From Camelus ferus (lineage: Eukaryota): a stretch of 64,000 nucleotides of DNA. Under the pieces are notes generated by a model. The model did not search any database, had not been told where the DNA came from, and saw only the letters and a program-made list of their open reading frames with translations. Below are positions 1-13,491 of the stretch, in pieces. Location of the stretch: positions 12,712,001-12,776,000 of the forward strand of contig NC_045698.1 in assembly GCF_009834535.1 (NCBI RefSeq), given 5' to 3'. The position numbers and the translations under genes are program-made. The first letter of the stretch is position 1; the number at the start of each line of letters is the position of its first letter.

Positions 1-45
1 GTATTTTTTTCATACTATCACATATTTTACTTTTCTCTGTATTTT

Positions 46-173
46 GTTTTTGTTTTTTGAGGAGGGTAATTCGGTTTTTATTTAGTATTTAGTTTTTAAT
101 GCAGGTACTGGGGATTGAACCCAGGACCTTGTGCATGATAAGCACATGCTCTACCACTGAGCTATACCCTCCC
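46..173 (-). mobile_element. tRNA-Ala-derived SINE (camelid Vic-1 type)
   Basis: Minus strand reads gggagggtatagctcagtggtagagcatgtgcttatcatgcacaaggtcctgggttcaatccccagtacc (tRNA-Ala-like, A and B boxes), followed by an A-rich tail. A 15-bp direct repeat ttttctctgtatttt at 31-45 and 181-195 is the TSD, with a TT/AAAA site on the minus strand. Confidence 0.9.
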
Positions 174-309
174 ATCACCTTTTTCTCTGTATTTTAAGGT
201 TCACAGTACATCAACATTTTTTCTTACGTTAAATGGTCAATTGACTTTTAAATAAATTAAGAAAATCATTTTTTAATATTGACTAGAATGTTTACTAGTT
301 CTTGTATCT

Positions 310-2100
310 TTATTCCTTCATGTAGACCTGCTTTTCCATTTTGTTTTATTTCCTTCAGCCCTACAGAATTTCCTTTAGCATTTCTTGTAGTGAGGTTTTG
401 CCTATAATAAATTTTCTTAGCTTTGTTTGAAAATAACTTTGATTTGCCTTTATTTGTTGAAGGATATAGTTCCTGGTGGAAAAAAATAAATTGAGAGATA
501 TTTCATTTAGCATTTTAAAGATATCATTCCATTATCTTCTATCTTCCATCATTTCTGGATGAGAAGTCAGTTATAATTCTTACGGCAGTTCCCCTGAACT
601 GATGTGTTGTTTTTTCTCTGATTGGAATTAATACTTTTCTTTAATATCTTCCTTTTTCTTAATTATCATTGGTTTTCACTAGTTTGAAAATAAGGTGCCT
701 ATATATGTTTGTCCTGTTTGAGGTTCATATGGTGGGGTTGAGGGGTGTCTGCTGATGTCTTTTTATTGGTTTGGAAATGTTTTAGATATTTTCTCTTTAA
801 GCATTCTTCTGTCTCATTCTTATTTCTTTCTGGATCTTCAGTTACATATGCCAGATCATAAAATATTGCCCCACAATATTATATACTTCATTATTTTATT
901 TTATTTTTTTTAGTTTTTATCTTTGAGTTAATTAACTGGTTCTTTCTTCTATAGGTCTAGTCTGATGTTAAGCTGCTTTAATGAAATTTTTAGTTCTGAT
1001 ATTGTATTTTCAGTATGTAATTTCTATTTGGTTCTTTTTTTTTTCTCTTCTCCTTCTCCTTTTTCATTTTTTGGTTTATACTCTGCTGAGGTTTCATATC
1101 TGTTCTATTTTTCCATCATTTATTCCTAAATTCTTTAGTAGAATTCTGTTAATTATTTCAAAGTCTTTGTTAAGTTCAACATCTAAGTCTTATGTGGGTT
1201 AGCTTCTTCTGATTAATTTTCTTTTCATTAGTTTGGTCATATTTTCATACTTTTTGTATGCCTATTAATTTTTAATTGGATAATGAATATTTTGGATAAT
1301 AAACCTTCTAGATTGTTGTTTTTTTCTAAAGAGTGTTAAATTTTGTTCTGAAAGGACCATTAATTTACTAATTTAGCATAGTCCCTCGATCTTTTGGAGA
1401 CTTGGTTTTAGGGTTTGTGCGTGGATGCTTGTTTTGGTTTTGCTGTTAATCCCATGCCATAGACTTTAGTAATAATGCATGTTTCTTACTCCTAAGGTGT
1501 AGCCCTTGTAGAGTTTCAGTGAAAAGTGAAGGTATTTATCAAGCTCTGTTAGCCAGGCTAGATTTGAACCTCAAACTCTCTCCACTATTGGGTAGCTGCT
1601 GATATAGTTTTTTTTTTTTTCAATATAGTTATTAATCCTTTCAGCTGCTGCTTTCAGCTGAGTCCCTTAGATTCTCACCATAAACATGTACAGTTTAGGT
1701 GTAGCCCGAAGATTTGAAGAAAATTTGTATGCAACTTGTGAAATATTTCCTCTGTGTTTCTTTCCTCTATGAAATTTTTCTTCCAATTTACTGCTCTGCT
1801 AAGCAGCCCTACACTCCACGCTTTGTGTTCTCTTCCCAATAGGGTATTGTTTACTGGTTTGTTTCTGTTCTGTCTCTAGACTTCAATAAGCCTAAGAATG
1901 TTCTCAAGGGAAAAGTCCACTAATTATGGAGCTCACCTAGTGTGGTTCCCTTCTCTTAAGGATTGTATCATCTTCAGTTTCTTCATGCCTTTGGGTTATA
2001 CACTAATACCCTCAAACAGTTGCTTTTTTATATTTGTGTAGAGTTTATAATTGTTATTTACAGAAAGTTTGGTCTGATACAAGCTATTCCACCATGAATG
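310..2100 (-). mobile_element. Old L1M fragment (ORF1/5' region, antisense)
   Basis: T-rich sequence with L1 ORF1 antisense hallmarks (tttcctttagcatttcttgtagtg, gatgagaagtcag). Highly decayed and boundaries approximate. Confidence 0.7.
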
Positions 2101-2149
2101 GAAACAGAGCCTCCTCATAAACTAACAGCTAATACGAATTCACTGCCTG

Positions 2150-2340
2150 TCCTTTGTTACGTGCTGTGTGGATTTTCATATATTAACACTGACGCACATA
2201 GCAATTGTACAAGTTAGGTATCATCAGCACCATCATTATTTCACAAAATAAGAAACCAAAGCACAGAGTGATAAAGAAACTTGCCCAGATTTATAAGGGA
2301 CAGATGCAGGATCCAATGCCATATATGTTGAATATAAAAC
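2150..2340 (-). mobile_element. MIR SINE
   Basis: aagaaaccaaagcacagagtgataaagaaacttgcccag resembles the reverse complement of the MIR core. Confidence 0.65.
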
Positions 2341-2360
2341 TTGTGTTACTTTTACTATTC

Positions 2361-2536
2361 CAGTGATTCTCAAATTTATCTGTAGACTGAAATTCCCTGG
2401 GGAGCTTTAAAACTGTCAATGCCTTAGTTCCAGCTCTAGAGATTTTTTATAACTAGTTTTTACTATGATTTGTCTATTGAGATTTTTAAAAGTTCCCCAG
2501 ATATTTCAAATATGAAGCTAAGATTAAGAACCACTG
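2361..2536. mobile_element. MER5-like hAT-Charlie MITE
   Basis: Terminal inverted repeats cagtgattctcaaa ... ttaagaaccactg, with internal inverted ggggagctttaaaa / ttttaaaagttcccc. Confidence 0.8.
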
Positions 2537-2539
2537 TAC

Positions 2540-2990
2540 TTTTTAAAATATTGAAGTATAGTTGATGTACAATATTATATAAGTTATAACTGTACAAACA
2601 ATATAGTGATTCAGAACTTTTAAAGGTTATACTCCATTCATAGTTCTTATAAAACATAGGCTATATTTGCTGTGTTGTACAATACATCCCTTATGTGCAG
2701 CTTATTTTATACACAATAATTTGTACCTCTTAATCTCTACCCCTATATTGTTCCTTCCCCCTTCCATCTCCCCACTGGTAACTACTTGTTTGTTCTCTAC
2801 ATCTGTGAGTCTGCTTCTTTTTTGTTATATTCACTAGTTGTATTTTAGATTCCATGTATAAGTGGTAACATACAGTATTTGTCTTTCTCTGTGTGACTTA
2901 TTTCACTTAGTATAATACCCTCCAAATCCATCCATATTTCTACAATGGCAAATGTTCATTCTTTTTTATGGCTGAATAGTATTCCATTAG
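2540..2990 (-). mobile_element. L1 3' end (5'-truncated)
   Basis: ttgaagtatagttgatgtacaat ... gacttatttcacttag ... ggctgaatagtattccatt are typical of the antisense L1 3'UTR and ORF2 end. Confidence 0.85.
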
Positions 2991-3342
2991 TGTATATGAT
3001 TTTTATAAGATATGATATATATGTATATCTTATATATATATATATCTCATATCTTATAAAAATACCTTAGTGTAGCTTTTCCATTACATCCCTACATAAA
3101 ATAAAAACATTCTTTGGAAATCCACAGGGTTCCAGTCAAATAATATTTTTATGCTGGTAATTTAGAAACACAATCTGATGGTTATGCTGATTACAGAAGA
3201 GATCAAAAAAGCATTTTTTAAAAGGTCATATTATCAGGGGAAAGGAAGTAGCATTGTTTGAATACCTACTATTTTCTAGACACTGTGTTAAATTCTTCCT
3301 TGAATTGTCAAATAAAATACTAATTACAAATTCATAGCAAAC

Positions 3343-3751
3343 TGTGATGAGTTGAATTGTGTCCCCCAAAATGTATGTTCAAGTCCCAGTGCCTTACCAC
3401 CTGTGAATAAGGGCATATTTGGAAACAGGGTCTTGACAGATGTAATCAAGTTAAAATGAGGCACACTAGATTAGGGTGGGCCCTAAATCCAGTGAAAAAG
3501 GAGGGGCAGATGGGATACAGACCCTGAGGATACACATAGGGAGAAAGTTCTGTAATGACAGAAGCAAAGATTGGAGTGATCCAGTTAAAAGCCAAGGAAT
3601 GCCAAAGATTATCAACAACCACCAAAAGCTAGGAGACAGGCATGGAACAGAGAGTCTGCCTCAGTCTCCAGAGGGAACCAACACAGCCAATATCTTGATT
3701 TTGGACTTTTGGTTTCCTGAACTGTGAGAGAATAAATTTCTGTTGTTTTAA
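3343..3751 (+). mobile_element. MaLR LTR (MLT1B/C-like)
   Basis: Starts tgtgatgagttgaattgtgtcccccaaa, contains gatgtaatcaagttaaaatgagg, and ends gaactgtgagagaataaatttctgttgttttaag. Confidence 0.85.
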
Positions 3752-5789
3752 GTAAAAAAAACCCCAAACCCAAAAACCACTGTGTTGTTCCATGCTTCCT
3801 GTGATACTGACTAAATCTTAAAAGCAGGCCAGTTCCTATTAATTTTAGTTTTTCTTTCTAAATAATTATTGCATGAAAAGATGTTTCATGTCTTTAATAT
3901 TCTGATATCCTGATATTTAACAGTGAAAGAAAGTCTTCCTGACTATTTTAAATTAGTTTTTTTTTTTAATAAGCCAATCTTTAGTTTGGTTGCTGTTACC
4001 TACATGATCATACCATTTATGAATATAACTAATAGTTGTATTTAGCCTCTGATAAGAATTTTCTATTTGTTCACTTGTTTTGTGCTTAAGAATAGGTAAG
4101 TTTCCAAGAGCTACTGGAGTATTTTTATCTTTGTTAATCAATGTAAAGGAAATAAACAATAATTATAATATAAGCTAACATTCGCATGTGAAGTCATTTG
4201 TTGATGTTTTTTGACCAATTGTATTTAGCGGTACTTGATGTAATAAGGAGCAACACATTGTGGAAGATGATGGGTTTGAATGGAGACTCTGGGGACTTCA
4301 GTTTCAGATATTAGCCTTGTTTGTGTGACCTGAGAGAGTCTCTCTACTTTTCTGGTTCTCAATTTTCTACTCTATAAAATTTACAATTGAGGCCCTTTTG
4401 GCTCCAAAGTTTTATAAATATAAAATTAATTTCCTGCTCAAAATACCTTTTGTTTTCTTGCTGTCATGGCTCTAGAATAGTTATTAGAATTAGACATATC
4501 TGTAAATGTAAAAAGTAAAAGCATACCATTTGAACATGTTTTTAACTGCATCTGTTTCAGTGAATAAGCCCTGTGTGGACTGATGGCTTGGAGGAAAAGT
4601 GGATACTGTTAAAAGTTCAGTTCATTGGAGAAAATTCCAGCTAGAGATGGTTTGATGTAGGCAGAGGATATGAAGAACAGTGATAAAATTTAGGAAGTAT
4701 CTAGTCACATCCAACCCTTTATGTCAGGAGGGAACCCAACATGCCTTTGTTGAGAAATCTCATGACACCACGCCATGCTTTCACCTGGCAAGTAATGCTG
4801 GCATAGTAATCGCCCACGTTTGGGCCCCTCTTTCCAGAATGGCAGCACTGCGATTTGCCTTAGTCAGGGCTGCTATTCTTACTGGGGGAGCTATGGTTGG
4901 GATAAAAAAGGTAATTAAGCCCACCAAAGGCTGGTTTTGTTGGCTGGCTATAAGCCTAGGATTTGTGAACAATAGATGGGACAATAATGTGGTGTTTGGG
5001 AGCAGTTCTGCTTTGATCTGGGTTATCATTCATAGATTGAGCACAGAGCTATTTTCACTGGTAGTTAAACATTTGGCAACTGCTGATCAGTGACAACGAA
5101 CTGGATGTCCTACTGCAGGAGCATGGTTCAGTAGGCAGAGCGTCAACTGAATTAGAGTGTAAAAAATTTGTACCTAAGTGTGTCTGTTTTGCTATTGATC
5201 GGCCTTGTGAACTTGTTTTCATCCTTCGGCATCTTGATGTCTGTGTGTCTGTGTTTCTGTATTGGTTTGCTTAGGGATGTGGAGTCAGGGGATAGGATAT
5301 CTTTGATAAGATAAATTTGAAATATGATGAGTTAAAGCATTTAAAGGATTAACCTAAAGAGGTGGTCAAAATAAAAAAAAATCATCAGAAAACAAATAAA
5401 AATGATAAGGGATGTGAGAAAGCTGAATCACAGCATATAATTTATGTAAAGATATTCAAGAAAGAATATGTGAGATGAATATTGAATATTGAGATGTTCG
5501 AGACTCCTATCTTAAGAACAGTAATGTAACAAAGGACAATGTAAAAATGTAGCAAAATACAGTGAATCCATAGATTTGCTAGTGTATTACATATTGCTTT
5601 ACTTTTACAGTCTTTGGGTAGTTTTAGTTGTACGAGTTCAGTTGTCTGCTTTGTAAATCCATATTGCCTGGTAAAATCCAAGGCCATATTCTTTGACCAT
5701 GTCTTCCATCATATCAGAAGTTCACACAGTCCACTTCCATTTTTCAAATTCTTATTTGGGATAAGTGCATGTTGGAATCTCTGTCTTCA

Positions 5790-5790
<1 letters not shown>

Positions 5791-5847
<57 letters not shown>

Positions 5848-5885
5848 GACAGAGAGAGACAGAGAGAGAGACAGACAGAGAGAGA
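5791..5885. repeat. Compound (TG)n(AG)n microsatellite
   Basis: Read directly: a TG run followed by an AG run with AC interruptions. Confidence 0.95.
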
Positions 5886-6714
5886 ACCTGATTATTTACT
5901 ATTAGGCAACCATTTTTATGTACCTTCATTTTTAAGAACAAATATACAAGTTAAATGTAATCTAGGTGATATTGGGAGTAACATGGCTAGACAGTAATAA
6001 TTCCAGAATTCTTCAGACCAGGGGTATTTAAAGGTATTCCATAGAAGTAATCCTGTTCATATTTTTCCATAAAATAGAGGAATTTATTTTAAGCTTGAAC
6101 TAAACTAATAAATTCTTTTCTTGCTTACTTGCCATAAGGATTCAAGTTTAAACCCTCTGTTCTTGAATGCAGGTTTACAGAACCTGGGAGGCTGGAAGAA
6201 TAGATATGAAGAGGTTACAGCCCCAAAGGCAGATAGTCAGAACAATGCACTTTACTGGGAAAAAAAAAAGATACAGGCTTATGTGATGAGAACTCCCGTC
6301 CCCAATCTTCTCAGGAAAACAGAGCATACTGGATGAAACATTTTTTTTTCCTTAATAGGTAAAGATTCAACACTTTGAGTGAACCTTGGGAAAATGCATA
6401 ATTAGTCATCAAATTTTCCACCAAAAAAATTTATGACACAATGAAAGAACAATCTAGATCTTGAGGCTAGATTTGCATGAGAAAGGAATCACATGAGATA
6501 CATAAAAAGGAGAATAAGGAAGCGCTGAAAGAAATTATATCCAGAATGCAAGCTTCAATAATTACACAGAATTTACTGTACGTTGGGTCCAGTTCTAAGC
6601 AATAATTCTCACTGCTACACTATTTCACATATCAGGGAGTCTGCTCTTCCTGCTCCAGAGAAATGTGATGGGGACAATGAGTGCGAGTCGTGCACAGTTA
6701 CCCGGGGGAGGGGG

Positions 6715-6895
6715 GGGGTTGAATCCTGACTCCCTTAGCTGCGACTATGGGCAAATTTCTTAAGTTCCTTGCACCTCAGTTTATTTAATTATAAAATGTG
6801 AACATTAAAGTACCTCCCTCATGTGTTTTTAAGAGTAGTATATTAGACAATTCATGCAAAGAATTAGGAGAGTTCTCAGTCAGTGTTAGCAGTTA
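6715..6895 (+). mobile_element. MIR SINE
   Basis: gggttgaatcctgactcc ... gggcaaatttcttaag ... cctcagtttt ... taaaatg follows the MIR core order. Confidence 0.7.
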
Positions 6896-7298
6896 GGATC
6901 TGCCATTTTTGACCAGGCTTTGTTGCCAAGGCTGGTTTAGATTCTTAAAAATAAACACATTGAAGGATAATTGAGCATTTCTACAGATATAGTGAGTATT
7001 GAAAAGTTATTAAAAATAGGGTTTTCTGCATGTAAGTTGTATAATGAGTGCTAAAGATTGAGTTTTAGACATAAGTTTACGAGTGTTATGTTGTATAATG
7101 GAGAAGAATGAAATTTGGACACCAAGAAATGTTATCTCTTGTAAGTAATCTTTATTTAAAAATTTAAAATTTATTTAAAAATGGAAGTATTGTGTCAATG
7201 GAGAAATAAAACAAAACAGTCAACCATTTGAAACCAAACTGGCAAACTGTCAACCAGTTACCTTTTACAAAACAATTGTCTTACTGCCAATTAGTTAC

Positions 7299-7358
7299 AT
7301 GGCAAAAGTGCTTGCAGTAAAGATGTCTATGGCAAAGATGCTTACGGCAAAAATACCA
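7299..7358. repeat. Degenerate 15-bp tandem repeat (4 units)
   Basis: atggcaaaagtgctt / gcagtaaagatgtct / atggcaaagatgctt / acggcaaaaatacca. Confidence 0.75.
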
Positions 7359-10300
7359 GACAAGGTTTAGTATCCAAAGTGATCAGAGTTTGTCACTGAG
7401 TCAATGGAAAGACTTTTCCAATAAAGCAAAATGACATACAATGGACACCATCACAAGAGACATGGGGTGGGAGACTGAATTAAAGAGGCATGGTGAAACA
7501 GTTTGATCATTCTTTCAGGATTCTTTTAAAACAAATAGAAAAGACACCAAACAGATATTGAAGAACTCATTACACACATCAAGATATTTCTTACTACTCT
7601 CTTAGGTATGTTGGTTCAAGTACAGTATTAATGAGGTCAAGATCATATCTTAGATCCCTAGATAGTCTAGTTAATTTGCACAAAGAAAATTACATTTTAT
7701 AATCATGAATTCCATGACTAACTTAGATCACTTATGAAATATGTGTCGCTGATCACTGAGGACCGTTGAGGAGAGGTACACAGATGTTTCAGAGGAAAAG
7801 CCGTCATTACTACTGAGAAAAAACTTTAAATACTTGCAAGTTTAGAATTTCAGGAATACATGTATTTTAGAGATTTTACAACTTAGTTATTTTCAATAAA
7901 TATTTTAAGTGCAAAATTCTTTATTGAAATTCTTTTTTTGGATGCCCAGTATAGAAAACAGAGCTGCGTTGACTGATAAGGGAGTAAATAGGTCTGTTAA
8001 CAAACAGCCTGATGATTCTAATGGCTTCCTACTTCTCTGGCCCTCATCCTCTCCTCCTCCTTCAAAATTGCTCTCTGAAATAATTTAAAAGTTGTAAGAA
8101 TTAGAGTTCTGTGAAGCACAGTTGTTAAAACACTGATCTAGCCAGATGCTGTCATTTTAGAAATTAGGAAATTGCAAATTTTCTTATCATCCGGCCAGAC
8201 AAGACTAAAATTCATGTAGTGGAATCCTTTCTGAATAGTCTAATCCAAAGATTTACATCTGTTTATCTGTCACATGACAGGCTGAGTTAAGTATTCCAGA
8301 TGGGTGAGTAGCTGTGCTCCACACTGCTATTCAGGGATCCATGTTTGCTCTCGTTGTGTATTTCCATCTCCTCCTTGGGCAGTGTCATCATCTTTAGGGG
8401 GGAAAGTTGGTCGCAAAGGATCCTGGTAGGCTGCTAAGAAGAAGACAGGTGTGGAGGAGGCGTGCCCATGAAATTGAAACAGAAGTTGGGAATAGAACTT
8501 AAATACATGGCTGGCCAGACTTTTTTATTGCAAATGAGGCTGGGCAGCTGCATGCAGGGAAGTGAGGACAGATTTTGAAGGATAGGGAGGGGGTCTCTGT
8601 CAGGGACCCTGTGGATTCCTACAAATTGTGAAACAGAAGCATAATCTTCAGTTCCAATAAAAAAAAAAGTATCTTGTATTTGGGAAATCTCCAGAATTCT
8701 TTCATATCTGTTCCTCACTGGCTCCTCATGAAAACCCAGTGAGGGTGAAAAAGTAAGACTATCCGTGTCCATCTCAAAAGAGAGCTGAAATCTTGAGGAA
8801 ATACAGCAGGAACAGCCTTTTAAGGGAAGATTGCATAACACACTAGTATTCCTGCCACCATGTTTGTCAAACCTCTAACAAAGGCAGCTCATTAGTAGAA
8901 ATGATGTTTTTGACCAGGTTGTCAAGCCTTTTTTCTTTCTTTTTACTCCTATTTCCTTAAACATATTTCATTCACTGTGTTGATTTGTGAAGATTTTCTG
9001 CTTCTTTCAATAGATTATGAACACCTTGAAGGAAGTATAAAGTATTATCTGTCTTAGGATCCCACATGGCCCTTAAGGAAATGCCTGAAAAATAGATATT
9101 CATTGAATAAATCTCCTGTAAGTTTTAAATATTGATTACTTCCTACATGGTAATGATTGGATCAGAGCAGTTAAATAGGGATCTCAGTTAATTCGGGAGG
9201 AAGTTTCTCATTGCTTTGAAGTAGGCTAATGAGGCTTGATAACAAAACTTTCAACACAGTAAAAATAGATAAAATAGGCATTAACATAAAAGTAGCTTTA
9301 GACATCAGTTTGTAAATAACACAAAATTCACACATGAAAATCAGGTACTATAACACTATTGGTCAATAAACTGACTTTATTATGTGAGCAAAACTATTTT
9401 CAGAAAGAGAAGTGGAACATTTAGGAGCTTCTATTTGATTTTCTGCTGTCAATATATTTTGCATGGTAAAATGTCAAATGCAAAAACATGACTTGGTAAA
9501 CTGAAAAAAAAAAAAAAAAAAAAAAAAGGAAAACCTCTCTACTCTTTATCTATTTATCCCATTGCCTCCTTCCAGGATTTTCTGGCAGTTTTAAAGGTAA
9601 AGAAAAGCTATATTGTAGGTAATTAGTTCCTAGATCTGCTTTGTAGAATCATTTTTGGGGGCAATGCTTAGAAGGCACAGCATTTTTAAAAAGTTCTCTC
9701 TAGCCAAAGAAGTTTGGAAAGTGATGCATCCTTTCATCCTTTTGGAGGTTCACAGTAAACAACAGCATATTAAGTGATATAGGATGCGCTGAGGTACACA
9801 TGAGCTGCTTAACCCTCTTTAACCCCTGTTTCTTCTGCACTGGTTTGGATATGACACTCCACCTCCAAACTCCAGCTGCAAACACTTATTATCATTTCAC
9901 AGATCATGGGTTCATATTTGTTTTTAGTTTTTAGAAACTCTGGTAGGAATAATCTCAGACTTCTGAAACAAGGTAACAGGCATATGTAGAATGTCACAAA
10001 TATTTGATTTCCATTTAATTTTTCAAATATGCAAAACAAAGGCAATTATAGCAGTTTGTATACGATGTTGTCTAATAATTTCAAGTTTCATTTTCATAGA
10101 AAGCTTTTGCTGCCGTTTCAAGAAGCACACACACAAAAAATCCCCGAAATAAAATTTAGTCTTTTTTTTTTTGAAATTTAATATTTCTCCTTACACACAT
10201 GTGAGGTCACATAAAGGCATAAATATGGTCATATTATTTATGTTTTTGACTCTGTTCTTTTTCTCTCTGCTCCATCCCCTGCATTTCTTCTTTCTTTCAC

Positions 10301-10419
10301 CCCCATTAGCATTCCCATTTCTATCCCAAGTAACTCACATCATCAACTTATTATGTATTATTGTACGTATTTAATCTGGAATCATGCATCTGAAGACACA
10401 CCCATACATACACACACTG

Positions 10420-10660
10420 AAGGATAGACTTCTCAGGGGTCAACTTCTTGGATTTGCACCTTGGTTCTGACACTTGCTGTGAGATCTTGAAGAATTCTGA
10501 CCTCTCAGTGACTCGGTTTCCTTGCTTTAAAGTGAGATTAGCAGGAATGTTGTGAAGATTAGATGAATTGTTTCATGCTATGTGAATTATTTCATGCTGT
10601 GTGTTTAGAAAAGTACCTGGTATACAATAATGCCAGTTTCCAGTATAATTATTATTATAT
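10420..10660 (+). mobile_element. MIR SINE
   Basis: gacctctcagtgactcggtttcctt ... gttgtgaagattagatga ... gtacctggtatacaataa. Confidence 0.7.
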
Positions 10661-10959
10661 GATTGCATTTGTTGATATCTTGTTTTTCAAAATGGTGATA
10701 TATATGTACAATTTTCTTCCTCTTACTTTCCTCACTCAAATATACTTTGTGTAAGTCATTTTAAACCAACTGATTTACCTTAAGTTAATGTCTTCATTTT
10801 ATTCTATGGTGTGCATATATCATCAATTATTTAGCCATATTCCTCATAATAGATTTTTCTTTTATTTCTAGTGTTTACCATTGTGAATAACGCTAAAATG
10901 AATATCTGAATAAGTATGTTTTTCTGTCTTGTTTTTTTCCCCTTTAAAAATTAAAAATA

Positions 10960-11580
10960 AAAACCTTAACTGTGGTAAAACACATACAACATGAAATTTA
11001 CCATCTCAACCATTTTTAAGTACACAATTTAGTAGTATGTACATTCACACTGTTTTGCAACAAATCTCCAGAACATCCTTTATCTTTCAGAACTGAAGCT
11101 CTGTGCATATTAAACAGTAAATCTCCACTATGCTGCCTCCCAACCCCTGGAAACCACCCTTCTACTTTTTCCCTCTGTGAATCTGACCACTCCAGGTATC
11201 TCACGTAAGTGGAATCACACAGTATGTGTCTTTCTGTACCTTGCTTGTTTCACTTACCATAATGTCCTTCAGGTTCATTGACGTTGTAGCATGAGTTAGC
11301 ATTTTCTTCCTTTTCAAGCCTGAATAGTATTCTATTGTATGACCATACTACATTTGGTTTATCCATTCATTTGTTGAAGAACACTTGGATTGTGTCTACC
11401 TTATGGCTATTGTGAATAATGATGCTATGAACATGGCTGTGTAAGTATTTCTTCAAGACCTTGCTTCCAGTTCTTTTGAGTATAAATCAAATGGAATTTT
11501 GGGGTCATATGATAATTCTGTTTTTGGTTTTTTAAGGAACTGCTATTCTGTTTTCCATAGCTGAAGCATCATTTTACTGT
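10960..11580 (-). mobile_element. L1MA/MB-type 3' end
   Basis: tgtggtaaaacacatacaacatgaaatttaccatc ... ggctattgtgaataatgatgctatgaacatgg ... ctgttttccatag. Confidence 0.85.
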
Positions 11581-13294
11581 ATTGATTTTTACTTCTATTG
11601 GCTTTCTCTTAACATTTTGAGCCCTTGCATAGATTAATAACTTTAAGAGATTATTTACATAGGAATAAGAAATAATAAGTTTTTTTATCAAGAAACTTAA
11701 GACTTGAGTACATCTAATAAAACCAATATCTGGGGGATAAAATCAAAACACAAAGTAGGAAAAAAAGTTGACACTGTCTGGGTCATATCAGAACCCAGAG
11801 AATCTGTATAAATATATACATATGTATATAATTATATATATACCATTTAGAATTCTGATATAAAATATTGTGGTAGTTAGAATTCTTATATGGTGAAGAG
11901 TCTCCATTCTCACATAAAGATTATGTAGATCTGATGATCTGCTGATGAAGGAGGGACACTACTGCACTATTGTTTATCTTATGGAGACACTGTAATCTAT
12001 CGAGATTTTCTAACATATAATTATTGCATTTAGGGGAATATAATGTCAACACTAGTACTCATGAAAAAATGCAGAATCTTGGTTTACCAAAGCATAGAGC
12101 TGGCTATCAGGAGTCAGACAGGATTTCACGACCTGGGAATTCTCAACAATCCGGAGGAGTTCAGATGTCAAATCCTGGTTTGGGGACTCGATTGCTTTGC
12201 AAGAGGAGACTGGAAAATTAGATGGTGTGTGGTACAGATGCAATAAAAAGACACAGGACTGCCATTGACCTCAGGGGTGAATGGGAGGCACCAGCTGTGG
12301 AGCTGACTACTTTAATAAACTGTGAGTAGAAGTTCAGCTCATTTTTAGAAGAAAAGTCAGAGTCTGAGAGTTGATGCCTACTAGTCCGTGAGCGTCTCCT
12401 TTCCTATGGGATTTGATCTCCCTATGCATCCTTCATACTTTTCTTTTTTTTCCCTGTGCCTCTGTCTTTCTCTTTCTGTTCTTATTTTTCCTTCCTTTTC
12501 ACCTATGCAGTATCACTGCAACATTAATACTCTTCTCATTATTATAAAGGAAATCACAATATGGAGTTAGATGTGAGTCTGATGGAAGCTATTTTGGATT
12601 AATTGATTCTAGCAACACATATTTTCCAAATAGATTTTGGCCTGATTTGGAAATTAACAGTAGGTAAGAAATATCTTTATAAGCGTATACTTGTGGACTC
12701 AGAACTAAGAAGTACCACTGTAGCAATGGAAGCTTTTTACAGGAGACTAACGCATTATAATGAAAAAAAAAAAGACCACTGACTTACAGAATTTATAGCA
12801 AGGTGCCTCTAATTCTTAATATGAAAAGATATACAGAATGCTATTTGGTCAGTACGAATATAAACTATCACAGTTAATATTTTTATATTGCTATTAGAGC
12901 TGAAAAATGGTGTTGGAACCCAATCATTTCCTACTTTCTAATCATCCTATTTACAGTAGAACATAAAAGTCATTTAAAGATTACATGGACATTAATCCTA
13001 TCCTCTATTTTTAATAAAACACGTTTTTGTTTATTTTTCCCATGTAGATGGAAAATAATGAATAATGAAAACAATTATAGTCAGAACTAGATACATATAC
13101 ACATATGCACATGCACACTGTGTTTTAATTCAGAATAATTTAGTTCATTAGGCCTGCTCATAGTTTCTATGTGTATGTAAATTACAATATAAATATTATA
13201 AGCATTATATAACATATATTTGTATTGATTTTTAAATGTTCAAATATTTCTAGAAGAATCATGAGATAATTAGAATAAAAATAACTAGAAAAAG

Positions 13295-13491
13295 GTTTGC
13301 AAAAGTCAACCACTATATATAAAAGTAGATAGAAAACAGATTTCTTTTGTATAACACAGGGAACTATATTCCAATATCTTGTAATAACCTTTAATGAAAA
13401 AGAAAACGAAAACAAATATATGCATGACTGGGACATTATGTTGTACATCAGAAATTGATACATTGTAACTGACTATACTTCAATAAAAAAA
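13295..13491 (+). mobile_element. Short L1 3' end (artiodactyl type)
   Basis: ctatatataaaa ... acagggaactatattc ... actgactatacttcaataaaaaaa, ending in a polyA signal and tail. Confidence 0.8.

Noticed and set aside
100..173. tRNA-Ala gene (also at 48825-48889)
   Set aside because: Both copies are degenerate, share a non-tRNA tail and end in A-rich tracts, and one has a TSD. They are SINEs.
4680..5093. 137-aa ORF
   Set aside because: It has a non-ATG start, no recognisable homology and no exon context, so it is consistent with chance.
5614..5997. 127-aa ORF with CVCV/RERE repeats
   Set aside because: It is the translation of a (TG)n(AG)n microsatellite.
9504..9527. PolyA tract as a retrocopy tail (also near 55825 and 59921)
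   Set aside because: No recognisable upstream element or convincing TSD, so treated as mononucleotide runs.
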